Of a DNA stretch of 40,000 bases, positions 16,007 to 26,604 are shown one piece after another; positions within the stretch are counted from its first letter, which is position 1; each line of letters begins with the position of its first letter. The notes under the pieces were generated by a model. It saw only the letters and a list, made by a program, of their open reading frames with translations, was not told the DNA's origin and searched no databases. The stretch comes from Patescibacteria group bacterium (lineage in GTDB: Bacteria; Acidobacteriota; Terriglobia; Acidiferrales; UBA7541): positions 37,181 to 77,180 of the forward strand of contig DATLSU010000020.1 in assembly GCA_035533975.1 (NCBI GenBank), given 5' to 3'. The translations under genes were made by a program, and so were the position numbers.

Positions 16007-16744
16007 ATGAATCGCACGCGAATTTCACGAAAGTCGGGGTTCGCTTGGCTGGCGGCGATGGGCGCTTGCGCCACGCTGCTGGTCGGCGCGTTTATCGTCT
16101 GGTCCGCCGCTCAAGCGCAGGACGGAATGCTTCGAGAAGGGCCGGCGCCGCGGCAGATGGGCGCTCCCGGAGGGTCGGGCGCCCGGAAAACGGCGCCGCC
16201 GAAGCCATTCCCTTTCACGTTGACGATCGAGGACGGCACGAGCGTCTCCTACCGGGTGCGCGAACAGCTCGTGGGCATCGATTTCCCGGATGACGCCGTG
16301 GGCAGATCGACGGCCGTCACGGGCACGATCGTGTTCAATCGGGATGGCTCGATCGACAGCAGCCGGTCGAAGCTCACCTTCGATCTTCGCACCCTCAAGA
16401 GCGATCAGCCCATGCGCGATGGTTTCATCCAGAAGCGCACCCTCCAGACCGAACGGTATCCCACGGCCGTGTTCGTGCCGAAGACGATCGAGGGAATGCC
16501 CGATCCGCTCAAAAGGCAATTTGGATTCCGCCTGACGGGCGATATGACCATCCATGGCGTCACCGCGCCGGTCAGTTGGCAGGGCTACGCCACGGTCGAC
16601 AATAACAGCACCCTCGTCGCGGGCCGCGCGTCGACCGAATTCAAGTTCGAAACGTTTGGCCTCGCCGTTCCCAAGCTCGCTCGCTTGCTGAGCGTGAACG
16701 ACAACATAGCGCTCGAAGTGGAATTTCGCTGCAAGGTCAATTGA
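16007..16744 (+). CDS. YceI-like periplasmic (polyisoprenoid-binding family) protein
   Basis: TM/signal segment FAWLAAMGACATLLVGAFIVW. LKSDQPMRDGFIQKRTLQTERYPTAVF and GDMTIHGVTAPVSW are YceI-like. An alternative ATG lies at 15992. Confidence 0.75.
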   Translation: MNRTRISRKSGFAWLAAMGACATLLVGAFIVWSAAQAQDGMLREGPAPRQMGAPGGSGARKTAPPKPFPFTLTIEDGTSVSYRVREQLVGIDFPDDAVGRSTAVTGTIVFNRDGSIDSSRSKLTFDLRTLKSDQPMRDGFIQKRTLQTERYPTAVFVPKTIEGMPDPLKRQFGFRLTGDMTIHGVTAPVSWQGYATVDNNSTLVAGRASTEFKFETFGLAVPKLARLLSVNDNIALEVEFRCKVN

Positions 16745-16780
16745 CTCGCTCCGGGCGCACGGGGCCTGGCGCGGATTCCT

Positions 16781-17116
16781 CTAGCGCGTGTGCCGGGTAG
16801 CTTCCCAGGCCTTGCGCAGTTCCTCGCGCCGCCCGAGGACGTACGCCTTGGCCTTTTCGAAACTGCCCAATACGCGGCGCCCCTTGATGGCGTTGCACGA
16901 ACGGCAGCAAGCGACCAGGTTGCGGGGATTCTTCCTGCCCTTGCGAGCCCTCGGCACAACGAAATCCACTCCCAAGCTCAGGGCGTTCTCGAAGCTGGCC
17001 TTGCCATCGAGTCCGCAGTACTGGCAGCGGAAGTGGTCGCGTTTCAGAATGCGCAGGCCCTCTTCCCGAGTCACCGGCTTGGCTACCCACTGCAGCGTCC
17101 AAGGATCAAGCGGCAT
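16781..17116 (-). CDS. HNH endonuclease, 111 aa
   Basis: RCQYCG ... DFVVPRARKGRKNPRNLVACCRSCNAIKG is an HNH pattern with two Cys pairs. Confidence 0.8.
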   Translation of the reverse strand: MPLDPWTLQWVAKPVTREEGLRILKRDHFRCQYCGLDGKASFENALSLGVDFVVPRARKGRKNPRNLVACCRSCNAIKGRRVLGSFEKAKAYVLGRREELRKAWEATRHTR

Positions 17117-17171
17117 CGCGCACCTTTGCCATGCCTGGTAGCTGCCGGGTTTGTGCGCAGCCAGGCCGGTC

Positions 17172-17504
17172 TTAGAGCTTCTTGATCCCTTGATAAGCCC
17201 AAATTCCCGCGCTAGCCAGCAGGAGCAACCCGGAGGTCACTGCCAGCGCGAGAATCGGCTCCGCCAGGCGGGAGATTTTGGCGACTATCTCCCGCTGTTC
17301 CTGGAAATGGGTCGTGGGCGCCTTTGCGCCGGCCATTTGGAAATGGTGCTGTTCCGGACTGTCGATGTAGATCTGATCGTCTTCCCTCGACGACAGGGCT
17401 GAACGGTAAAGGAGGAGGACGATCAGAACGGCCGTAACGACACCCCAACTGACAAGGAGAATCGCTTGCAATGCTTGAATGGCTCCCCTCCCCGGCGGCG
17501 GCAC
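17172..17504 (-). CDS. Small membrane protein (two predicted TM helices)
   Basis: Hydrophobic segments ILLVSWGVVTAVLIVLLLY and ILALAVTSGLLLLASAGIWAY. GTG start. Confidence 0.5.
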   Translation of the reverse strand: MPPPGRGAIQALQAILLVSWGVVTAVLIVLLLYRSALSSREDDQIYIDSPEQHHFQMAGAKAPTTHFQEQREIVAKISRLAEPILALAVTSGLLLLASAGIWAYQGIKKL

Positions 17505-17595
17505 TCACCGGAAAAGGTCAACGGAGGGTGCCGCTTCCTTCCACGGCACGAAACTTTCCAATTTATATCATTGCCGAAGGAGTCGGAGAGAATCG

Positions 17596-18252
17596 ATGGG
17601 AAGGGTGTATCCTGCGGGCAGGATGAAGATCCTGATTTTAGGCGCGACGGGAAGCATCGGCCGCCATCTGCTGCCGCAAGCCGTGAGCCGGGGTCACGAA
17701 GTTACGATACTGGTCCGCGATCAAAGGCGGCTCGGCGAGCGGGGCCGGAGCGCGCGCGTGGTAGAGGGCGATGCGCTCGATCCGGCCGCCGTGGATCGCG
17801 CCGCCCAAGGCCAGGACGCGGTCATCTACGCGCTGGGCACGCGGCAGCTCTTCAAGCCAACCACGCTGTTTTCCGATTCGACCCGCATCCTGATTGCGGC
17901 GATGCAGCGCCGCGGGGTCCGGCGCCTCGTGGCGATCACGGGCGTCGGCGCGGGCGACAGCCGCGGCCATGGAGGGTTCCTCTACGACCGCGTCTTCTTT
18001 CCACTGCTGCTCGCGCGCGTCTATGCGGATAAGGACCGCCAGGAAGCGCTCATCCGCCAGAGCGCGCTCGATTGGGTGATCCTCCGGCCGGCCGTTTTCA
18101 CCAGCGGCCCCGAGCGCGGAGACCTGCGGGCGGAAACGAAACTGGCAGGTGTGACGATCCGGAAAATTTCGCGGGCCGACGTCGCCAGTTTTACGCTCGA
18201 TCAGCTTTCGGATAACCGCTACGTCGGCAAAGCCCCGCTCATCGGTTATTGA
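17596..18252 (+). CDS. NAD(P)H-binding atypical SDR (NmrA/BVR-B-like) oxidoreductase
   Basis: MKILILGATGSIGRHL Rossmann motif. GGAGAG RBS before ATG 17596. An alternative start at 17623 gives the canonical MKILILG N-terminus. Confidence 0.8.
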   Translation: MGRVYPAGRMKILILGATGSIGRHLLPQAVSRGHEVTILVRDQRRLGERGRSARVVEGDALDPAAVDRAAQGQDAVIYALGTRQLFKPTTLFSDSTRILIAAMQRRGVRRLVAITGVGAGDSRGHGGFLYDRVFFPLLLARVYADKDRQEALIRQSALDWVILRPAVFTSGPERGDLRAETKLAGVTIRKISRADVASFTLDQLSDNRYVGKAPLIGY

Positions 18253-18357
18253 GGGCCGGACCGCGCGCAAAGAAAATTATTGGCTCAATTCCGGCAGCCG
18301 GTGGCGCACGGTGAGGCTCATCATGGGCGCGATCGCATCCCATTCCGCGAACAATTT

Positions 18358-19035
18358 CTACGCGCCGTTTTGGCCGAGTACCTGCGCTGGCAAAGGTCCC
18401 CCGGCCAGATCGGAGAACTTGTTCACGCAGGATACGGTGACAAAATCGTTGTCATTGCCCCCGTACACTCGCCGGTAGGTTTCGAAATACTCGCCCGCCT
18501 TTTTGTAGATCGGCAGAACTTCGGTCCTTACGAAATTCCGGTACTCGCCGATTTTGCCCGGCAAGACGCGGCGGCGGGCAAACACGCAAACCGGCGGATG
18601 CTTTCCCGCGGGCGTGTTGCTGAGTTCCGGCAGCGGAGCAATGACGTATACGTGAACGCTTTGGGTGTACTGGCCCAAACTGTTTTCCTGCTGCTCGGCT
18701 TTTTTCTTGCCGAGGCCGATGACCCGCGCAGGCTGCCCGCTGGGTGAGGTGAATCTCACCAAGGGCCCCACAGTAGTGTATTGATACTCGTTACCAAAGA
18801 CCGTTTGATAAGCCTCCTGTATTTCGGACCCTCCCTTTTTGAGCGCGGGAATCAGCACGTTTTTCACACCATCGACCCAGTCGGTCCTCATGCCGGGCTT
18901 CACGGTCACGACGGTCACGCGTAGATACGCGGGCCGCGCAGGCGCGGACTGAGCCAGGCCCACGCCAGGAGTCAGCAGGATGCCGCCGGATGCGATCAGG
19001 AAGCCAAACAGAACCAGCCTTCGATTCGTTCTCAT
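18358..19035 (-). CDS. Secreted two-repeat ferredoxin-like (ABM/dimeric alpha-beta barrel-like, tentative) protein, paralog 1, ended by an in-frame TAG
   Basis: About 70 percent identical by eye to the 19202-19957 product. Signal peptide. Homology continues for 26 codons past the TAG at 18358-18360, to a TAA at 18278. Confidence 0.7.
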   Translation of the reverse strand: MRTNRRLVLFGFLIASGGILLTPGVGLAQSAPARPAYLRVTVVTVKPGMRTDWVDGVKNVLIPALKKGGSEIQEAYQTVFGNEYQYTTVGPLVRFTSPSGQPARVIGLGKKKAEQQENSLGQYTQSVHVYVIAPLPELSNTPAGKHPPVCVFARRRVLPGKIGEYRNFVRTEVLPIYKKAGEYFETYRRVYGGNDNDFVTVSCVNKFSDLAGGPLPAQVLGQNGA

Positions 19036-19201
19036 GGCCTTCTCCCTTTCTCGGCTGTGATTTCGCGCAGCCCTGAGGCGTCTTGCTCGCAATGGCGTAA
19101 AAGTCCGGTGAAAATGGACCCAAACGCCAGACAACCCTCTGCTCGCAGCGTCCCACGCCAGCAAGCCGCCACCTGAACGCTCACAGATCCTCGGGAAAAA
19201 A

Positions 19202-19957
19202 TTAATAGCTCATGTCCAGTCGGTGGCGAACAGTGATGCTAACGAGGGGTGCTATCGCATCCCATTCCGCGAACAGTTTCTCCGCGCCGTTTTGGCCGAG
19301 TACGCGCGCCGGCAAAGATCCGCCGGCTAAATCGGAGAATTTGTTCACGCAGGCCATGGAGACGAAATCGTTGTCATTGGCGCCATACACTCGCTGGTAG
19401 ACTTCGAAGTACTCTCCCGCCTTTTTGTAGACCGGCAGAACTTCGGTCCTTACGAAATTCCGGTAGTCCTGCATTTTGCCGGGAAGCACGCGGCGGAGGG
19501 CAAACACACAAACAGGCGGATGCTCTCCTGCAGGCGTGTTGCTGAGTTCGGTCTGCGGAGCGATGACGATGACGTGGACGCTTTGGACGTACTTGCCCAG
19601 GCTGTCTTCCTGCTCCGCCGCTCCTTTCGTGCCCAGGGCGCGGACCCGTGCGCCCTGCGCTCCGGATAGGGTGAATCTCTGCAAGCGCCTGACGGTGTAA
19701 TACTCGTATTCATTTCCGAATACAGTTTGGTAAATCGCGACGGATTTGACTCCTGCTTTATTCAGGGCGGGCATCAGCCGGGCTTGCACGCCGTCGAGCC
19801 ACGCGGTCCTCATGCCGGGCTTGATGCGCGCGAGAGTCACCCGAAGGTACGTAGGTGGCGCAGGCGCGGACTGAGCCTGGCTCATGCCGGGGATCAGCAA
19901 GGCGCAAGCGGAAGCAATCAGGAAGCTAAACGGAACCAGCCTTCGATTCATTCTCAT
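19202..19957 (-). CDS. Secreted two-repeat ferredoxin-like (ABM-like, tentative) protein, paralog 2, full length
   Basis: MRMNRRLVPFSFLIASACALLIPGMSQAQS signal peptide. Internal repeats YLRVTLARIKPGMR... and VCVFALRRVLPGKM.... The start region is conserved with paralog 1. Confidence 0.75.
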   Translation of the reverse strand: MRMNRRLVPFSFLIASACALLIPGMSQAQSAPAPPTYLRVTLARIKPGMRTAWLDGVQARLMPALNKAGVKSVAIYQTVFGNEYEYYTVRRLQRFTLSGAQGARVRALGTKGAAEQEDSLGKYVQSVHVIVIAPQTELSNTPAGEHPPVCVFALRRVLPGKMQDYRNFVRTEVLPVYKKAGEYFEVYQRVYGANDNDFVSMACVNKFSDLAGGSLPARVLGQNGAEKLFAEWDAIAPLVSITVRHRLDMSY

Positions 19958-20212
19958 GGCTTTCTCCCTTTCGCGGTTTTGCATTTGCGGCAGCCCGGAG
20001 GCGCCCACGGCGGATAGCGTAAAAGGCCCATAAAAAGAGCCCGCCAAATTTGAGCTGGTTTTTCCTATATCCAATTCCCGCCCGGCCCGTCAGCTTACAC
20101 CTGGCCGCTTCGAATACAAAGCCTCAAGGGCCGATCGGAGCGAGCGTGCCCGGTCCGGCATGCTATGCTCCAGCATGCAGCCGAACGAACCATTCAGATG
20201 AGGAGGAAGATA

Positions 20213-20782
20213 GTGGCGGCAAAACGATTCGATCCCGGACGCGAATGCCTTGAAATAGCTCTGGATTCTCTGAAGACCCAACTCGGCAAAATCACGGCGT
20301 GCCTGCAGAAACTTCCCGAGCGGGACCTCTGGTGGCGGCCCAATGAAGCCTCCAACAGCGCCGGCAATCTGGTGCTGCATCTTTCCGGAAACGTCGGCCA
20401 GTGGATCACCTCGGGGATCGGCGGCGCGCCGGACGTGCGCCGCAGGGACAGGGAATTCGCCGAACGCGGGCCGCTGCCGCGCCGGAAGCTGGTGGCTATG
20501 CTGCGTACCAACGTCAACCAAGCCTGCCGCGTTTTGGCGCGCACGCCGGGCGATTCGCTGGGAACGCCGTATAGCAACTTGGGATTCCAAATGACGCGGC
20601 TGGCCGCCATCTTGCGCATCGTGGAGCATTTCGCCTACCACTCGGGCCAGATCGCCTACATCACCAAGCTCAGGACGGAGCGCGATCTGGGGCTCACCCA
20701 GCTACCGGCAGCCCCGGCGGCCAAGCCCGCCAAAGCCTCGAAGCCTGCTCGAAAAGGGCCGCGCTCGCGGCGCGCCCGGTAA
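20213..20782 (+). CDS. DinB-superfamily (DUF1572-like) protein
   Basis: NSAGNLVLHLSGNVGQWI and VEHFAYHSGQIAYITK histidine motifs are typical of DinB four-helix bundles. AGGAGG lies 6 nt before GTG 20213. An in-frame ATG at 20198 is an alternative start. Confidence 0.7.
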   Translation: MAAKRFDPGRECLEIALDSLKTQLGKITACLQKLPERDLWWRPNEASNSAGNLVLHLSGNVGQWITSGIGGAPDVRRRDREFAERGPLPRRKLVAMLRTNVNQACRVLARTPGDSLGTPYSNLGFQMTRLAAILRIVEHFAYHSGQIAYITKLRTERDLGLTQLPAAPAAKPAKASKPARKGPRSRRAR

Positions 20783-20845
20783 AAAATCCGGTTCCAGCCC
20801 TCCCTGTGGCGCGGGCAGGAATGCACGCGCCACGGGGATCCATAG

Positions 20846-23239
20846 TCAATACGGCCACTTCCAGTTGCGGATTTCCGGCATGTCGTCGCCGTTGTCGATG
20901 ATGTACTGCTTGTGATCGACCAGGCGGTCGCGAACGAACTGCTGGAAGTGTCCGCTGAGGCGCGCGAGGCGGGGAACCCGGTCGACCAGGTCCGAGGCCA
21001 GGTGAAAGCGATCGAGATCGTTGCGAACGGTCATGTCGAACGGGGTGGTGGTCGTGCCCTCCTCCTTGTAGCCGCGGACGTGGAGATTGTCGTGATTGGT
21101 GCGGCGATAGGTGAGGCGGTGAATCAGCCAGGGATAGCCGTGATAGGCGAAGATGATGGGCTTGTCGGTGGTGAAGATGGAATCGAATTCGCGGTCGGAG
21201 AGGCCGTGCGGATGCTCGGTCGAGGGCTGGAGGGTCATCAGATCGACGACGTTGACCACGCGAATCCGTACATCGGGAAAATGGCGGCGCAGCAGATCGA
21301 CGGCGGCGAGCGTTTCGAGCGTGGGCACGTCGCCCGCGCAGGCCATGACGGCGTCCGGTTCCGAGCCTTGGTCGTTGCTGGCCCAGTCCCAAATGCCGAT
21401 CCCCGCCGTGCAGTGCCGGATGGCCGCTTCGCGGTCGAGCCACTGCAGGGCGGGCTGTTTGCCGGCGACAATCACGTTGACGTAGTTGCGGCTGCGCAGG
21501 CAATGGTCGGCGACCGAGAGCAGCGTATTCGCATCGGGCGGCAGATAGACCCTGACGACGTCGGCTTTCTTGTTCACGACGTGGTCGATAAAACCCGGAT
21601 CCTGGTGGGAGAAGCCGTTGTGGTCCTGGCGCCAAACGTGGGAGGTGAGCAGATAGTTGAGCGAGGCGATCGGCCGGCGCCAGGGAATCTGGCGCGTGAC
21701 TTTGAGCCACTTGGCATGCTGATTGAACATCGAATCGATGATGTGAATGAACGCCTCGTAGCAGGAAAAGAAGCCGTGGCGCCCGGTGAGCAGGTAGCCT
21801 TCGAGCCAGCCCTGGCAGAGATGCTCGCTCAAAACTTCCAGAACCCGGCCGTCGGGCGAGAGACGTTCGTCGGTCGCGAGAAAAGGCCCGGTGGACATTT
21901 TGGAGGTGACCTCGAACAGGGCGCTCAGGCGGTTCGAGTTGGTTTCGTCCGGGCCGACGACCAGGAACTTCGACGGATTGAGTTTCATCACGTCGCGCAG
22001 GAAACGGCCCAGGACGCGGGTCGCTTCGGCTGATTCGACGCCGGGCTTGGCCACCGGCACGGTGTAGTCGCGAAAATCGGGCATCGACAGATCGCGGAGC
22101 AGAAGGCCGCCGTTAGCATGGGGATTCGCGCCCATGCGCCTCTCGCCCTCCGGGGCGAGCGCGGCCAGTTCGGGCATCAGCTTTCCGGTGGAATCGAAGA
22201 GTTCCTCGGGTCGGTAGCTTTTCATCCATTCCTCGAGCATTTTCCGGTGGCCGGCATTGGTGGCTACTTCGGGAATGGGAACCTGATGCGCTCGCCAGGT
22301 GCCCTCGACCGGCAATCCGTCTACCTCCTTGGGCCCGGTCCAGCCCTTCGGCGTGCGGAGCACGATCATCGGCCAGATGGGACGGCCCGAAAATCCATGG
22401 GCTCGCGACTCGCGCTGAATCTGGTGAATTTCGCCGATGACGGCTTCGAGAGCAGCGGCCATTTTCCGGTGCATCGGCTCGGGCTGGTCACCCTCGACGA
22501 AAACGGGCTTGTAGCCGTAGCCGGTGAAGAGATGGGTCAATTCCTCGTCGGACATGCGGCCCAGCACGGTGGGATTGTCGATCTTGTAGCCGTTGAGATG
22601 GAGAACGAGCAGCACGGCGCCGTCGCGGACCGGATTCAGGAACTTGTTCGAATGCCAACTGGTCGCCAGAGGGCCGGTTTCGGCCTCGCCGTCGCCGACG
22701 ACGCAGCAGACCAGCAGGCCCGGATTGTCGAAGGCGGCTCCGTAGGCGTGGGCGATCGAATAGCCGAGTTCGCCGCCTTCATGGATCGAGCCGGGCGTTT
22801 CCGGCGCTACGTGGCTGGGCACGCCGCCGGGAAAAGAGAACTGCTTGAAAAGGCGCGCAAGGCCGCTCTCGCTGGGGGGAATGCTCGAATAAAGCTCGCT
22901 GTAGGTGCCTTCGAGATAGGTGTTGGCCACCAGACCGGGCCCGCCGTGGCCGGGACCGGTGATGAAGATGGCGTCGAGACCGAGCTTTTTGATCATCCGG
23001 TTCATGTGCACGTAGATGAAATTGAGTCCGGGCGTCGTGCCCCAGTGGCCGAGCAGGCGCGTTTTGACGTCACCGGGCTCGAGCGGGCGGCGAAGCAAGG
23101 GGTTGTCGCGCAGATAGATTTGCCCGATGGAGAGGTAGTTGGCGGCGCGCCAGTAGGCGTTGATTTTACGCAGCTCATCCTCGCTGATCGGCGCGGCGGA
23201 ATCATGAATGTGTTTGATTTGGGTCGAATGTTGAGCCAT
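20846..23239 (-). CDS. xfp: Xylulose-5-phosphate/fructose-6-phosphate phosphoketolase
   Basis: 797 aa. [42 protein letters not shown] and GPGHGGP match phosphoketolase signatures. Confidence 0.92.
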   Translation of the reverse strand: MAQHSTQIKHIHDSAAPISEDELRKINAYWRAANYLSIGQIYLRDNPLLRRPLEPGDVKTRLLGHWGTTPGLNFIYVHMNRMIKKLGLDAIFITGPGHGGPGLVANTYLEGTYSELYSSIPPSESGLARLFKQFSFPGGVPSHVAPETPGSIHEGGELGYSIAHAYGAAFDNPGLLVCCVVGDGEAETGPLATSWHSNKFLNPVRDGAVLLVLHLNGYKIDNPTVLGRMSDEELTHLFTGYGYKPVFVEGDQPEPMHRKMAAALEAVIGEIHQIQRESRAHGFSGRPIWPMIVLRTPKGWTGPKEVDGLPVEGTWRAHQVPIPEVATNAGHRKMLEEWMKSYRPEELFDSTGKLMPELAALAPEGERRMGANPHANGGLLLRDLSMPDFRDYTVPVAKPGVESAEATRVLGRFLRDVMKLNPSKFLVVGPDETNSNRLSALFEVTSKMSTGPFLATDERLSPDGRVLEVLSEHLCQGWLEGYLLTGRHGFFSCYEAFIHIIDSMFNQHAKWLKVTRQIPWRRPIASLNYLLTSHVWRQDHNGFSHQDPGFIDHVVNKKADVVRVYLPPDANTLLSVADHCLRSRNYVNVIVAGKQPALQWLDREAAIRHCTAGIGIWDWASNDQGSEPDAVMACAGDVPTLETLAAVDLLRRHFPDVRIRVVNVVDLMTLQPSTEHPHGLSDREFDSIFTTDKPIIFAYHGYPWLIHRLTYRRTNHDNLHVRGYKEEGTTTTPFDMTVRNDLDRFHLASDLVDRVPRLARLSGHFQQFVRDRLVDHKQYIIDNGDDMPEIRNWKWPY

Positions 23240-24079
23240 GGGTATACTCCTTGGAAAAAACTAGCGCCGGAAGGCCGGCGCTGCAAACACGAGTTACAAA
23301 GCGGATTCCTCGCCGCCCCAGCGCGGGCGCGTAGAACCGCGTGGCATATTCCTTCGCCATGCGCCGCGTGCTGAACTTCGGGGCGACGGTGCGGATCGCT
23401 TCCTTCATGGTGCGAACGAATTCGTGAGGAATTTCGTCGTCCGAGCGGCGGTAATAAAGCGGAACGGTCGTGTCCTCGATCAGGCGGTAGATGGATTCCG
23501 CGTCTGGTTTCCGGCGATCCTCGGGATTCGCTCCGTTTCCGAACGCCCAGCCGTTGCCGTCATCGTACCCTTCGATCCACCAGCCGTCGAGAAGCGAAAG
23601 ATTCGGCACCCCATTGACGCTGGCTTTCATGCCGCTGGTTCCGCTGCCCTCGAGCGGCGGCACGGGGTTGTTGAGCCAGACGTCCACGCCGCGCACCATC
23701 CGCAGGGCCAGTTCCTGATCGTAGTCCTCGACGAAGGCGAGTCGCGCGCTAAATTCGGGGTCCTGGGCCAGGCGGTTGAAAACCAGCCCGTTTGCGAAGA
23801 GCAGCCGCCGGAGAACCGTTCCCAGACATCGTCGTATAGATTGAGGAACCCGGCGTCATTTGCCGTGCTTTTCAGGGTCTGCTGGGGCAAAGAAGCGAGT
23901 ATCCGGACCGGATTTTCGTCGCTTTCCCGCCACGCCCGCAGGTCGAGAGCGCGAAACATATCAGAGGCCCTGCGGTGCCATCTCCACCACAGGTTGTAGG
24001 CGATCTCTTCCAGGCGGCGGATGCGCTGGGGGAGTTGGGGAAAAAGGTTGCTGCGGCTGGGTCCCTGTTCCATGGCCAT
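23202..24079 (-). pseudogene. glgP: Alpha-glucan phosphorylase remnant (N-terminal ~95 aa joined out of frame to C-terminal ~210 aa)
   Basis: N-terminal part RIRRLEEIAYNLWWRWH. C-terminal part, in another frame, LAFVEDYDQELALRMVRGVDVWLNNPVPPLEGSGTSGMKASVNG...LLDGWWIEGY. The central catalytic core of several hundred aa is absent. Confidence 0.7.
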
Positions 24080-24086
24080 GACAGTC

Positions 24087-26305
<2,219 letters not shown>

Positions 26306-26309
<4 letters not shown>

Positions 26310-26602
26310 ATCTGGTTATGTTTCGTAAGACCGGCGAACGCGTTGTAGAGCCAGGCGAAGAGAAAGCCCGCGGTGGCTCCGTCGATCAGCCCGTCGATGG
26401 TTCCGATCACGGCGTCGCCAAAGCTTCGCGCGCCGTGAAACCAAGGATACACGGAAGCGACCATATCGAGGAAGGCTGCGCCGTATCCGGCAAAGCCCAA
26501 ATGGATCAGGGCGACAAACAGAATCGCTCCGCCCCAGAGCAGGCCGCCGGCGATGGTCATCCCCTTCATGGAAAGTCGCGTCATCATTGCACCTCCTCGC
26601 AC
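26306..26602 (-). CDS. Small integral membrane protein
   Basis: Hydrophobic, Gly-rich 98-aa ORF. Its stop overlaps the glgX start (ATGA). It starts 3 nt downstream of the ATPase stop. Confidence 0.55.
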
Positions 26603-26604
26603 AT

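Noticed and set aside
14262-16028. Minus-strand ORFs 14262-14825 and 14892-16028 inside the right arm of the element
   Set aside because: They are antisense to the PEGA gene, which has an RBS, a signal peptide and a domain match. The 378-aa ORF also runs through the TIR and TSD into host DNA. A short real gene around 15470-15596 (MADFKLADLLGEGGG...) cannot be excluded but is unsupported.
16781-17116. Second HNH endonuclease as part of the mobile element
   Set aside because: It lies about 1 kb outside the right TSD, in GC-rich host-like sequence, and is separated from the element by the yceI-like gene.
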